NCBI RefSeq assembly: GCF_036321535.1
Contig: NC_087437.1
Coordinates: forward strand, 79,610,001-79,674,000
Length of the DNA stretch: 64,000 nt
Source: Camelus dromedarius
Lineage: Eukaryota
Direction: 5' to 3'
Position numbers and translations under genes: made by a program. Below are positions 11,051 through 24,625 of this stretch, in pieces (position 1 is the first letter of the stretch; every line of letters starts with the position of its first letter). Below the pieces are notes generated by a model. It saw only the letters and a program-made list of their open reading frames with translations, did not search any database and was not told the origin of the DNA.

Positions 11051-14000
11051 TAAGGCAAAGAACAACCTGAGAACTTATTGGAAAATTATGTGACACTCCT
11101 ATCCACAAAAAGGATTCCTTTACATTCTTACTTTCATGGATTTGTTTATTTTGGTGTTATATACTCCTTAGCTTGCTTCACTGTAGCACTGACCTTTCTC
11201 ATGGCTTCAGCCTTGTATGTCCAACTAATTATGAAATGTTTCTACCTACTTCTATTGCCTTAAACTCAAACTTTGGGTGTATAACTGAATTCTTCATCTC
11301 CTATTTCAAGGAGCTTTGGTAACTATTTTTATGTTCATGTCAACACCATTCCCAAATTTTAAAATATTTACCTCATCTTATTGTATTATTTGATTTTTCT
11401 CCCACCTTATACTGAAAGTGTCTTAAGAACAATGCATATCTATTTCCTTTTGACATACTTCGAAATTCTAGGCATATTGACTTAAAAAGAGAAGATACTT
11501 AATGTTTATGGAACACACAATATTAGATAAATTATGAATACCTACTATAGATAGTATATTTGGTTTTGTATGTGAATATAAAAACTAGTGTAACAAAATA
11601 CTACACTATAAAGGGAACCAATAAATATATAAATATATAATAGAGATAGGAGGGGATTGAAAAAATCTCAAATGCCTAGTTCAGTGAAATCATGGTAACC
11701 TCTCCGTTCTACCCTTTTAATTCTGTTATACTATGAAATTTGGCCACAGATGCTAATATAGTCTTTTATGTATCTTGACTGAACAGTGAAGGTGGCTGCT
11801 TTTACTCAAACCTGAGTCAGTTCTAAAGCCTCAAAGTGATAGTGGAAGAGCAGCCACTTTCAAACTTTCCTTCCTTAAGGCCACAGTAATATTCAACTAA
11901 ACAGTTGCAACTCCAGTGGCATAAAAGATCAGGCCAGAAGAACATACGAGCCATCAAGAACATACAAGCCAGCTCAAGAACAACATAGCTAAAGAAAGAT
12001 ATGTATTTTCCCCCAGTATCTAGAAGAGAGCTGTCCTAGACTTCTACCACAGGTATCCTTATGGAGAGACAGATACCAAAGCAGAAATACCTCTAAACTT
12101 TACTTTGTTTTCCAGTTGCTCATTAAAAAAGCCAAGCATGACAAAATTTAGTCACATGTAGGCACAAACTTTATCTTCTTTTAGACTACTGGTAGCTTCA
12201 GTGAATGATACTATTAAACAAATATTCTATTTTACACAGCCAACATAATCAATACATAGCTAGCTACCTCCTCTTTGTGAACAGAGTGAGGCTAGAGTGG
12301 AGGGACCAGTGAGCTTCCCATTAATTTGCATTATCAAATAGAGTTGGTTGCATCCTAAATTTACTGAATATAAACTCTATTTTTATTATTTTATTCATAT
12401 GCATTATTTTATTTATCATTATAAATCTATGGAATAGTTATTTTTCCCTACAAAGTGCCATAGCCAGTGCTCCAACTCATGTCTGACAGCCTTTACAATT
12501 TTAGCTCTTTACCACTACCACATACATTGAAAGAATATTTGAAAATATAGTCAATTATTTTATTCAGTCAATATTTATAATTATTCAAGGTATTTCCATC
12601 AGTATGCCATATCTACATATAAAATGTTGTTCTTTAGTAAATTACAAACTTTCAGAGGTCAAAAAGATATGTGGTTCTTTTTTTTATTTTAATGACTGCT
12701 TTTCTCTAACAGTTAAATATTTGAAAACAATTTGTTCTCCTGAGCAGTTTACTATTCCTTTTCCCAGTCTACAAATTTGATTACCCAATGGATTTTGTTG
12801 GCAACTTCTGTTTTTCACAGATGGCATAGCTGCTTTCAAATTATCACAAATTCTTATTTGAGTAGTTCAAATGAATGAGGTATTATTTTAAAGTGCAGAA
12901 TTTTATTTGGAGCTTAGAAGAAAATGAATGTGTAAATGTGTGTAAATTTATGTCATTAAGTAATTTAATATAGTCTCACAAATTCAATGTTAAGATATAT
13001 GTTGAAGACATTCAAATCTTTATTACTCCTTCCCACTACCTAGCTTCTAATTATATTTCTAGATGCACACATTGGAGTAGATTTCTAAGATACTCAATTT
13101 CAGTAGGTCTAAAATTGATTATTTTGCCTTCCAAGCACACTTTATGTGACTTTTCTCTTTTTGTCATGCTTTTCTCTAACATCTAAAATCAATATATGTG
13201 AGAGATTGGCCCGGATAGTAGACCCTGAGTTCATCTCCTCTCACGAGCACCCCAAAATTACAATTCTTTGCAGAACTATAGGTGAAAAAGACCAAAACCT
13301 ACCAGAAGAGATCTGCAACTAAAGACACAAAGAAGCAAGCATCAGACGAATAGGAAAGGTGGACTCACAATACAGTGGAGTCCCATACCCTGGGGTGGGC
13401 AACCCACAAACTGGAGAGTAATTATATTGCAGTAATTCTCCCACAGGAGTAAGAGTTATGAGCCTCATGCTAGGCTCCACAGCCCGGGAGTCTGGCACCA
13501 GGAAGAGGAGCTCCCAGAGCATTTGGCTGTAAAGCCAGCAGGGGTTAATTACCAGAGTCCCAAAGGACTGGGGGAAAGAGACCTCACTCTTAAAGTGTGT
13601 GCACAAAGTCTCACATGCTCTGGAATCCAGGGCAAAAGCAGTAATCTGATAGAAGCCTGAGCCAGACCTACCTGCTGGTCTTGGAGGAGTCTCCCAGGGA
13701 GGTGGGAAGCAGCTGAAGCTCAACCTGGAGACAAAGACAATGACAACAATCATTCTTGGGAGTTTACTCTATCCTGTGGACACTGGTTCAGGTGGGCACC
13801 ATTGTAAACTCCTCCATCTAGCTCATTAGCACCAAGACCTGGCCCTACATAAAAGCGTATAGGCACCAGTGCTAGGATGCCTCAGGCCAAACAACTAACT
13901 GGGCAAGGACACAGCTCCACCAATCAGCAGGCAGGCTGCTTAAAGACTACATGAGCCCATAGTCACCTCTAGACATGCTTCTAGACACTGCCCTGCCCAC

Positions 14001-14769
14001 CAGAGGACCAGGACACAGCTCCACTCACCAGTGGGCAGGCACTGGCCCTGCCCTCCAGGAAGCCTACTCTGGCTTCTGAAACAGCCTCATCCACCAGGAG
14101 GCAGATGCCAGATGCAAGAAAATCATAGTCTCACAGCCTGTATATCCAGTGTACATATAGCAGGCCAGACACTGCCCTGGGATCAGTTGGGCCATGGTCC
14201 CTCCCATTAGCAAGCCAAGACTAGCTTCAGGACACCCAAAACTACCTATCAAATTGTGTCAGGGATCAGCCCCATCCACCAGCAATCAGACACCCATTCT
14301 GGGATCCCTGGGCCCTGAAGCCAGACTCCAGGAACCAGCTCTGCCTGCCAATAGTCTGGCACTAACCCCAGGTCATGGTTTCAGAGCCCCAGAGTCTTCA
14401 GGACTCTGACTACACCCATCAGTGAGCAAGCACTAGTCCTGGGCCCACCTGGAGGTCTTCAGTTGGCCGCCTCATGATAAGGCCCTGCCAACCAGCAACA
14501 GGCAGCCTCTGCACAAGGCAGGACCTAGCAAACAACCAGGCTAGGGGCCAAACAAGCCTACCAGACTGCCCACATTTTCAGCCTGCCACAACAGAACAAC
14601 ACACACAGCCCTCATCGGGGGAAACCCTAGAAGATATAGCTTGGGTGCCAAGAGGGGAATGCACTGCTGGGACACATAGGACATCTCCTACAGAGGGTCA
14701 CTTCTCCAAGGTCAGGAAACATGACTAACCTACCAGATACATAAAAACACAAACAGCAACTTAGGCAAA

Positions 14770-15651
14770 ATGAGGCAGCAAAGGAACATGTTTCAGAGGA
14801 AAGAGTAAGATAAAAACTCAAAAGAAAAACTAAATGAAGTGGAGATAGGCAATCTACCTAGAAAGAGTCCAAGGCAATGATTGTAAAGATGATCAAAAAG
14901 TCATGAGAAAAATGGATGCACAGAGTGAGAAGTCAGAAGTTTTATAAAAAGAGAAAATATAAAGAACAAAACCGAGATGAAAAGTACAATAGCTTCAATG
15001 AAAAATATACTAGAAGAAATTAACAGTAGACTAGATGATTCAGAGGAATGGATCAGTGAGCAGGAAGACAGAGAGCAGTGGAAATCACTGTTGCTGAACA
15101 GAAATATAAAAAAGAAAAGAAAACAAATTAGGACAGTTTAAAAGATCTTTGTGACAATATCAAGTAGACTAATATTCACATTACAGGGGTCCAAGAAGGA
15201 GAAGAGACAGATAAAGGGGATGAGAACATATTTAAGGACATAATAGCTGAAAACTTCCCTAACGTGAATGGAAACCCACGTCCAGGAAGCACAGAATCCT
15301 ATATAGGATTAACTCAAAAAGAAACACACCAAGACATATTTTAATTCAAATGATAAAAGTTAAAAATAAAGAGAAAGTACTCAAATCAGCAAGGGAAAAG
15401 CAACAAAAACATACAAGGGAACACTCATTAGCCTATCAGCTGATTGTTCAGTCAAACCTCTGCAGGCCAGAAGGGAGTGGCACAATATATTTAAAATCAT
15501 GAAGGGAAAAATGTATAACCAAGAATACACTACCCAGCAAGGCTCTCATTTAGATTTGGTGGACAGATAAAAAGCTTTACAGACAACCAAATCAAAAAGA
15601 GATTAGTACCAATAAATCAGCTTTACAACAAAATTTAAGTAACTTCTCTAA
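14770..15651 (+). pseudogene. L1 ORF1p remnant (stops and frameshifts)
   Basis: Starts MRQQRNMFQ; 'atagctgaaaacttccctaac', 'ctctgcaggccagaagggagtgg', 'ccaagaatacactacccagcaagg' ORF1 motifs. Confidence 0.8.
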
Positions 15652-16121
15652 GCAAAAAAGGAAAGAGCCCAACTAGAAACAAGAAAATTATAAAAAGAAA
15701 AAGTTCATCATTAAAGGTAAACATACAGTAAAGGTAGGAAATCATCCAAACACAAAGCTGGTAGGGAGGTTAAAAGACAAAAGTAGTAAAATCATCTGTA
15801 TCCACAATAAGCAGTTAAGAAATACACAAAGTAATTTGATGTAAAATGCTATCAAAAACAGTAATCATAAAGAAGAATATAAATGCAGGGCTTTTAAAGT
15901 GCATTAGAAATTAAGAGATCAATGATAAATAGATATAGATATAGATATATAGATTGTAACCTAAAGCCACATGGTAATCACAAATCAAAAATCTGTAAAA
16001 GATAGACAGAAAAAAAGAAAAGAAAAAGAATCCAAACATAACTCTCAAGATGTCATGGAATAAGAAAACAAAAGATGAAGAAAAAAGAACCTACAAAACA
16101 ACTGCCAGAACAATTGACAAA

Positions 16122-19100
16122 ATGGCAATCAGAACATACATATCAATAATTACCTTATATGTAAATGGATGAAATGCTCCAATCAAAAGACAGAGTCACT
16201 GAATGGATACAAAATCAAAACCCGTATATATGCTGCCTACAAGAGACTCACTTCAGATCTAAAGATACACACAGACAGAAAGTGAAAGGATAGAAAAGGT
16301 ACTCCAAGGAAATGGAAATCAAAAGACTCAAAAGCTGGAGTAGCAATACTTACATGAGACAAAATAGACTTTAAAATAAAGACTGTTATAACAGACAAAG
16401 AAAGACACTACATAATGATCAAGGGATCAATCCAAGAAGATACAACATCTCTAAATATAAATACACCCAACATAGAAGCACCTAAATATATAATATATAA
16501 AGTAAATATTAATAGACTTAAAAGGAGAAATTGACAGAAACACAGTAATAGTAGTGGACTTTAAAACCCTACTTATGTCAGTGGACAGATCATCCAGACA
16601 GAAAATCCATACGGAAAACTATGCTTAACACATTAATTTCCCACTGTGGATGAGGTGCCTCCAAGGTAGTAGACCTATCACCCAGATTTGGGTGCCATGG
16701 TAATCAACAAGTTAAGTGACACATTAGATCATATGGGCTTAACTGATGTACATAAAGCATTCCATACAAAAGCAGCAGAAAACACATTCAAATAGACATG
16801 GAATTTCTCCAGGAGAGATCAAATGCTAGATCATGAAGTAAATCTCAGTAAATATAAGACTGAAATCCTGTCAGCCATCTTCTCTGACCACAATACTATG
16901 CAACTGCACAAACACATGGAACCTAAACAATATGCTTCTAAACAACCAATGGATTACTGGAGAAATCAAAGAGGAAATGAAAAAGTACCTAGAGACAAAT
17001 GCAAATAAAAACACAATGATCCAAAACCAAAACACAGCAAAAGCAATTCTAATAGGAAAGTTTAGAGAGAAGAGAGCTTATATCATGAATGAGAAAAATC
17101 TCAAATTAATCTTCTACAAAAAGGAACTAGAGGAAAAACAACAACAACAACAACAAACAAAACTGAAAGTTAGAAGGAAAGAAAAGCAGAAGATAAATAA
17201 ATGAAATAAAGATAAAAAATAGAAAATAATAAAACTAAAAGCTGGTTCTTTAAAAAGATAAACAAAATTGATAAACCGTTAGCCAGACTCATCAAGGAAA
17301 AAGGAGAGGGCTGAAATAAATAAAATCTCTAAATGAAAAAGGAGAAGATAACAAGCAACACCACAGAAACACAAAGTATCACAAGAGACTATTGTGAACA
17401 ACTATACGCCAATAAAAATAGACAATCTAGAAGAAATGGACAAATTCTAAGAAAAGTAAGATTTCTCAAGACTGTTTCAGGGAGAAAAAAATATGAACAG
17501 ACCAATTACCAATAATGACATTGCATCAGAAGTTTAAAAACTCCCCAAAAACAAAAGTTCAGGACCAGAAGGATTCCATCAAACATTTAGAGAAGAGTTA
17601 ATAACACCTATCATTCTCAAACTATTCCAAAAAAAAAAAAAAAACTGCAGAGGAAGGAACACTTCTGAATCCATTCTATAAGGCCAGCATCACCCAGACA
17701 ACAAGATCAGACAAAGATACCACAAAAAAGAAAAAGAAAATTACAGGCCAGTATCACTGCCTGACATAGATGCAAAAATCCTCAAAAAAAATACTAGCAA
17801 ACAGATTCAAACAATACATTAAAAGGATTACACACCATGATCAAGTGAAGTTTATCCCATGAATGCAAGAATTTTTCAATGTTGACAAATCAATTGATGT
17901 GATACACCACATTAACAAGCTGAAGAATAAAAACCCTATGATAATCTCAACAGACACAGAAAAAGCTTTTGACAAAATTCATCATAAGCATTTTATCATT
18001 TTTGACAAAAAAATCTCCAGAAAGTGGGTATAGAGGAAACATATCTCATCATAATAAAGGTCATATGTAACAAACCCACATTTAACATCATACTCAGCAA
18101 TGAAAACTGAAAGCATTTCTTCTAAGATCAGAAAAAAGACAAGGCTGCCCACTCTCATCACTCTTATTCAGCATAGTATTAGAAGTCCTAGCCATAGCAA
18201 CCACACAAGAAAAAGAAAGAAAAATTACCCAAATTGGAAAGAAAGGAGTAAAAAATGTCACTGTTTGCAGAAGACATGATACTATATATAGAAAATCCTA
18301 AAAATGTCACCAGAAAACTACCAGAGCTTATCAATGAATTTGGTAAAGTTGCTAGATACAATATTACTATACAGAAATCTGTTGCACTTCTGTATACAAA
18401 CAATGAAGTATCAGCAAAGAGAAATTAAGGGAACAATTCCATTTACCATTACATCAAAAAGAATAAAATACCTAGGAATAAACCTACCTAAGGAGGCAAA
18501 AGACCTGTACTCCAAAAACTAAGACACTGATAAAAGTAATTGAAGATGACACAGATGGAAAGATATAACATGTTCCTGGATTGGAAGAATTAACAATGTT
18601 AAAATGAACATAGTATTGAAGGCAATCTACAGATTCAATCAAATTCCTATCAAAATACCAGTGGTATTTTTCACAGAACTACAACAATTAATTCTAAAAT
18701 CTGTATGGAAACACAAAAGACCCTAAATAGCCAAAACATCTTGAGAAAGAAGAATGGAGCTGGAAGAATCACATTCCTTGACTTCAAACTATTCTAAAAT
18801 ACAGTAATAAAACAGTATGGTCCTGGCACAAAAACAGACAATAGATCAACAAAACAGAATAGAGAGCCCAGAAATAAACCTATGCATGTATGGTCGATTA
18901 AACCTGCAACAAAGGAGGCAAGAATATACAATGAAGAAAAGGCAGTCTCTTAATTAAGTGGTGTTGGAAAACCCTGTAATAAATGAAATTAGAACATTCT
19001 TTAACACCATAGACAAAAATAAACTAAAAATGAATTAAAGGCCTAAATGTATGGCCAGAAACCATAAAAATCCTAGAGGAAAACATAGGCAGAACACTCT

Positions 19101-19975
19101 CTGACATAAAGAGCAGAAGTATTTTTTTGGATCCATCTCCTAAAGCAAAGGAAATAAAAGCAAAAATAAATAAATGGGACCTAATCAAACCTAAAAGCTT
19201 TTGCGTAGCAAAGGAAATCATCTACAAAATTAAAAGACAACCTACTGAATGGGAAATTTCTTTTGCAAATGATAAGACCAATACAGGGTTAATATCCAAA
19301 ATATATAAAGAGTTCATACAACTCAACTTCAAAAAAAAAAAAAAAACCCAATTAGAAATGAGCAAAAAATCTCATTTTCCAAAGAGGAAATGCAGATGAC
19401 TAATAGGCACACGAAATGATGCTCAGCATTGCTAATCATCAGGAAAATGCAAATCAAAACCTCAATGAGATTTCACCCCACACTTGTCAGAATGGCTATC
19501 ACCTAAAAGAACAAAAATAGCAAATGTTGGGGAGGATGTGAAGAAAAGGGAATCCTAATACACTGTTGATGAGAATGTACGTTGGTGCATCCACTGTGGA
19601 AAACAGTATGGAGGTTTCTCAAAAAACTGACAAAACAAAAAACAAAAATGAAAAATAGGAGTACCTTAAGATTCAGCAATTCCACTCTTGGGTATATATC
19701 CAAAATAAAAAGAAAAACACTAATTCAAAAATATACACCATCCCAATGTAGCAGTATTTACAACTGCCAAGATATGGAAGAGAAAGTGTGTGTGCATGTG
19801 TGTGTGTGTGTATGCACACACATATCCATACACACACACACTGGAATAATACTTAACCTCAAAATTTTTTTTCCCCATTTGCAATAACATAGATGGACTT
19901 GGAGGGCGTTGTGCTAGGTGAAATAAGTCAGAGAAAGGCAAATACTATATGGTATCAATTACGTATGGATTCTAA
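16122..19975 (+). pseudogene. L1 ORF2p remnant (endonuclease, RT, C-terminal domain), disrupted
   Basis: MAIRTYISIITLYVNG*NAPIKR start; CCLQETH; RQGCPLS at 18137; FAED in place of FADD at 18264-18275; [16 protein letters not shown]. Confidence 0.9.
16629..16711. mobile_element. 83-bp piggyBac-like non-autonomous insertion in L1 ORF2
   Basis: TTAA at 16625-16628 and 16712-16715; removing it restores L1 sequence; C...G termini with imperfect 13-bp TIRs; internal near-palindrome CACCCAGATTTGGGTG. Confidence 0.65.
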
Positions 19976-20599
19976 AAAATACAACGAACATAACAAAATA
20001 CAGTGAACATAACAAAAAGGAAGCAGAATCACAGATACAGAGAACAAACTAGGGCTTAGCGGTGTGGAGAGGGAATGGGCCATACACATATGGGCAGGGG
20101 ACTCAGAAGTACAGACTATGATGTATATAAAAGTTATGAGGATATATTTTACAACACAGGGAATAAAGCCAGCATTTTATAATAACTACAAATGAAGCAA
20201 AACCTTTAAAAATTATGAAACCCTATACAGTACATCTGTAACTTACATAATATTGTACATCACTATCCTTCAATAAATAAATTAATAAATAAGTGGTTAT
20301 CCAAATCAAACTTCTAGTTTTTACTGTATTTTACAGTCAGTCAACCCTAAGAACTCTTAGTTTTCAAAGTACACTCTGCTTATTTTTTAAATTTCTGATT
20401 TACATTAACCTGTTGATTGGTTTTCCAATAAGCAGATTCAAAATGATGATACATCAAAATGTATATTATTAGATAGATAATGAGAGACAAAAATAAGAAA
20501 TGTAATATTCTTAAACTACTGCACCTTCTCCCAACTTGAACTCACTTACTCTATTCTCTTGCCAACCCCTTATAATCCAGCTTGCCCATAGCCAGCAGG

Positions 20600-21145
20600 T
20601 AAACCCTTCTGAAATAGCAACACATTATGAAAATTCTTTGTGTAAAACATTTTAGTGACACCCAATTGCCTATGTTTAAAAAATAGAAATTCCTTGTTGA
20701 TGTTCCGCCCAATCTCCTTTTCTGTTTTAGAAACACAATATGCCATCACCCTCCTAGATATAACCTATCCTACAACAAAATGAATGTTTTCTGTTTCTCT
20801 GGACATTTCTTCGGCTTACCAGCTCTAATTAACAACAGTGTTTTCACTTAAAATATTGTCCCTCTCAAAATGCCACCCATCCTCAGAAACCCAACACAAA
20901 TCATGTGCTCTATGAAGAGATGATCTCTCTGTTCCCAGAACCCCGCAGTACTTAGCAGTAACAGCAATCTTATAGTATAAAATATGCTGCCTTATGCTAC
21001 AGTAATTTTTTAATACATCTGCATTATTTTACCATAAGCTCATTATAAAATGTTTTATAGACTTTCATACCCTTCACAGCACCCAAGAGAGAAAATTACA
21101 CATAGTAGGTGTAGGCATAATAATATTTAATAAATTTATGAATGT
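20600..21145 (+). mobile_element. Degenerate L2 fragments
   Basis: 'ataagctc...cacagcacccaag...acatagtaggtg...taatatttaataaatttatgaatg' tail. Confidence 0.4.
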
Positions 21146-22905
21146 GTGCATTCTAAGTTTGTGATGCAGGTTAAAACATATAGCCCTTCATTGAAAAATT
21201 AATCTCAGTTCTGCATATGCTCACTATCCAACATTAAATTATGTCAAGCAATGATTCCTGCAAAATGATCCTTAATGAGGATCAGCCTGCAGTAAAATTC
21301 TACACAAAACTGTTAATGACCTTACAAGCCTGTGTATTAGAAAATAAAAATGATCCAATAACTTCACTAACTACAACCTGACATTTGGAGTGGGAGGAGC
21401 AAGCCATAATGGCTATAGTCTTACTAAGAAAATCTCTTATCTTCACAAAAGCAGAAATCCACGAGAGAGGCAGTGGTCAAGAATTAAAGCTGCTCAGCAG
21501 CCTGCAAGCTTGGTAGGAATCTAGGTGCTAATCACCTAATGCAACTAGATGGAGATAATTTCTTCAATGCCTTGGGTGAGAGCTAAACTAGATGATAAAT
21601 CAAAGAGGAAAAGAAAATATATTTTGCATCAGTGGATGGTACTGGTCAGATTCTGAAAAAAAAAATATCTCTCCCTTAATTTGTCTGTGCATCATTGAGG
21701 GAGAATTGGAGAAAAAAATATGTAATCTGTTGTAATGAAATATCAGGTGATTGTACGAACAGACAGTGACAAACTAATGAGTAGATATCAAAAAATTATA
21801 AACTAAGGCAGAACAGGAGGGGGATTTACCATGAAGAAAAGCTATCCAGATACTCAGTTGTAATTGCAACATCCATGGCCAAACAGGAAGTACGTACGTA
21901 ACTAATACTTGACACATTTCTTCACAATTTGTGCTAGTTTTTCATTAGTTTGTTTTTTTAATTGGGGGGGGGTTGCATCAAATACACACAAATTGTGCCG
22001 TAAGGATGTGTTTAATAAGACACTGGCCTTGAGAAGGGACCATGGGCATAAATGCAATCATGTATTTGAAAGTACAGTGAGTATAACTTAGAGCTCTCTG
22101 ATGTGGGGTCTAGCCAGGCACTATACCCCATATATCAGAAGATATTCACACTAACTCTTTTGGTCTTAGTTTTGTTATCTACAGGAAAAAATAAAATTAG
22201 TAAAATCTGTCCTACCTCATAAAAATATATGAAGGATTTCAGCTTAGGCTGAGAAGCTAAGTCACTGGTGCTGATAGGGAACTCACAAGGAAGCCACGAG
22301 GGAAAGGCTATCTTTGTACCTGCTGGATGCATAGGTAGCTTGAGAGCTTGAGATCTGTAAAAAATAAAAGTTAGGGAGTCAACAAGAACAATGTGGTAAA
22401 GAATCTCTTTCTAACTCCTGTTCCATATTTAGTTTTTCCTGCTCAGATCTCAGGTTTAGCTAAAGGGTACATGGAATGTGCTGTGCTACACTGGGAAACT
22501 GCTCTGTGGAGATCTTGGAGGACACTCTTCAGAATTGTCTGATCACGATCCTGCGGAAGCTATTTTACAACTCTGTCAATGTCAGGTCACAGAAATGCAA
22601 AATAATTCTTATTTATAGGCATGCAAATTATGTCCTATCCTGTGTAAGTTCAATGACATCCCCTTCTCTCCCACAACTTCCCTCTGTCATCCTGAAAAAA
22701 ACTATTTGGCTTCATGTCCCCATTTATTTCAATATTCTTAATCTATAAATGTATATGTTTCTGAGATTCTTTTTCAATCATGTAGAAATAAACAACAACT
22801 CCAAACAAGAAAAAACAGTTTTTTTTAATTCAAAGTTTGCTAGAGCAAAGGAGGCAGCCTAACATGATTTGCATTTGGCAGAGGTTCAAGGGTGAGCAAA
22901 GGATT

Positions 22906-23105
22906 NNNNNNNNNNNNNNNNNNNNNNNNNNNNNNNNNNNNNNNNNNNNNNNNNNNNNNNNNNNNNNNNNNNNNNNNNNNNNNNNNNNNNNNNNNNNNNN
23001 NNNNNNNNNNNNNNNNNNNNNNNNNNNNNNNNNNNNNNNNNNNNNNNNNNNNNNNNNNNNNNNNNNNNNNNNNNNNNNNNNNNNNNNNNNNNNNNNNNNN
23101 NNNNN
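22906..23105. other. Assembly gap (200 N)
   Basis: Read directly. Confidence 0.99.
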
Positions 23106-23957
23106 CATTTCCCCTTGTCCCACACATACACAACCTTCCCTGTTATATACATAGGTCACCAGAAAAGCATGTTTTTTACCAAGGATAAATTTACATTAAT
23201 ATATCATAATCACCCAAACTCCATAGTTAACCTTAGAGTTCACGTACATTCTATGGGTTTGGGGTAAGGTATAAAGACAAATATCTATCACTATAACAGC
23301 ATGCAGATTATTTTTACTGCCTTAAAAAATCCTCGCTCTGCCTATCTGTCCCTCCTCCCACCTTTACCACTGGCAACTACTGATCTTATGTCTCTGCTAT
23401 TTTGCCGTTTCCAGAATGTCATATAATTGGAATCATACAACATGTAGCCTTTTCAGATTGGCGTTTTCACTTAGTAATATACATTTAAGGTTCCTCCATG
23501 TCTTTTCATGGCTTGACAGCTCAAGTGTTTTTAGTGCTGACTAATATTCCATTGTCTGGATGCATCACTATTTATTTACTCATTCACCTACTGAAGGACA
23601 TCTTGATTGATTCCAATTTTTGGCAATTATGAATAAAACTTCTATAAACATATGTGTGCATATTTTTATGTAGACGTAAGTTTTAACCCTTTTGTGTAAA
23701 TACCAAAGAGCATGACTGGAGGATAAGATGGTAAGAGCATAATTCTTAGTTTTGTAAGAAACCACCAAACTGTCTTCCAAAGTGACTCAGTCATTTTGTA
23801 TTCCCACTGTCAATGTATGACTGTTTCTGTTGCTCCACTTCCTCACTGGCATTTGGTGTATTCAGTCTTTCAAATTCTGGCTGTTCTACTAAGCATGTAG
23901 TAGTATCTGTTTGCTTTTAATTTGCATTATGGTGACATATGATGTGGAACATATTCT
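23106..23957 (-). mobile_element. LINE-1 3' part (L1MC-like), sense on the minus strand
   Basis: 'ccactggcaactactgatct', 'ccagaatgtcatataattggaatcatac', 'ccaaactgtcttccaaagtg'. Confidence 0.85.
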
Positions 23958-24625
23958 ATGTTCATGGGTAGGAGGACTAAATATTGTCTATTTATAAGTT
24001 ATTCCCAACTTGATCTATCCATTCAATGTAATCCTACTCTAAATACCAGCAAGATATTTCATGGATATCAGTACACTCATCCTAAAGTTTTTATAGTGTG
24101 GCAACAAACGCAAAAGAGGCAACACAATTTTGAAGGAGAAAAATTGGGAGGACTGATGCTAGCCAACTTCAAGACTTATTATGAAACCATGGTAATCAAG
24201 ACAGTGTGGTATTGGTGAAAAGATAGACAAATATATGAATGAAGCAGAATATAGAGCCGAGAAATAGACCTCCATAAATATAGTCAACTGATATTTGATG
24301 AAGGAGCAAAACCAATATAATGAAGCAAAGAGAGTCTCTTAAACAAATGGTACTGGAGCAACTGGACATACACATGAAACAATTGACTCCAGACACAGGT
24401 CTTATACATGTCACAAAAATTACCTTGAAATGGATAATAGACCTAAATGTAAAATGCAAAACTATGAATCTCATAGGAGAAAACCTAGAGGTCATTGAGC
24501 ATGGTGCTGCCTCTTTAGGTGCAACATCAAAGACACAATCCATGAAAGAAATAACTTGTAAGCTTAACTCCATTAACATCAAAAACTTCTGCTCTGTGAA
24601 ACACATTATCAAGTTAATAGAAAGC
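23958..24625 (+). mobile_element. Inverted ORF2 segment of the same L1
   Basis: Translates to L1 ORF2-like 'GGLMLANFKTYYETMVIKTVWYW' and 'KITLKWIIDLNVK'. Confidence 0.8.

Larger units (their letters stand above)
13201..20290 (+). mobile_element. Full-length, inactive LINE-1 (~7.1 kb)
   Basis: GC-richer ~1.55 kb 5'UTR, ORF1 remnant, ~470 bp spacer, ORF2 remnant with EN, RT and C-terminal motifs, 3'UTR and aataaa tail. Confidence 0.93.

Noticed and set aside
13319..14821. ORFs of 62-144 aa in GC-richer sequence
   Set aside because: They lie in the L1 5'UTR or ORF1 start and have no recognisable domain
19786..19841. Inverted (TG)n/(CA)n hairpin
   Set aside because: Microsatellite expansion at a position in the L1 3' end that commonly accumulates such repeats (also 29250-29298)
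22830..23188. Five ORFs of 88-109 aa
   Set aside because: Artefacts of translating through the N gap
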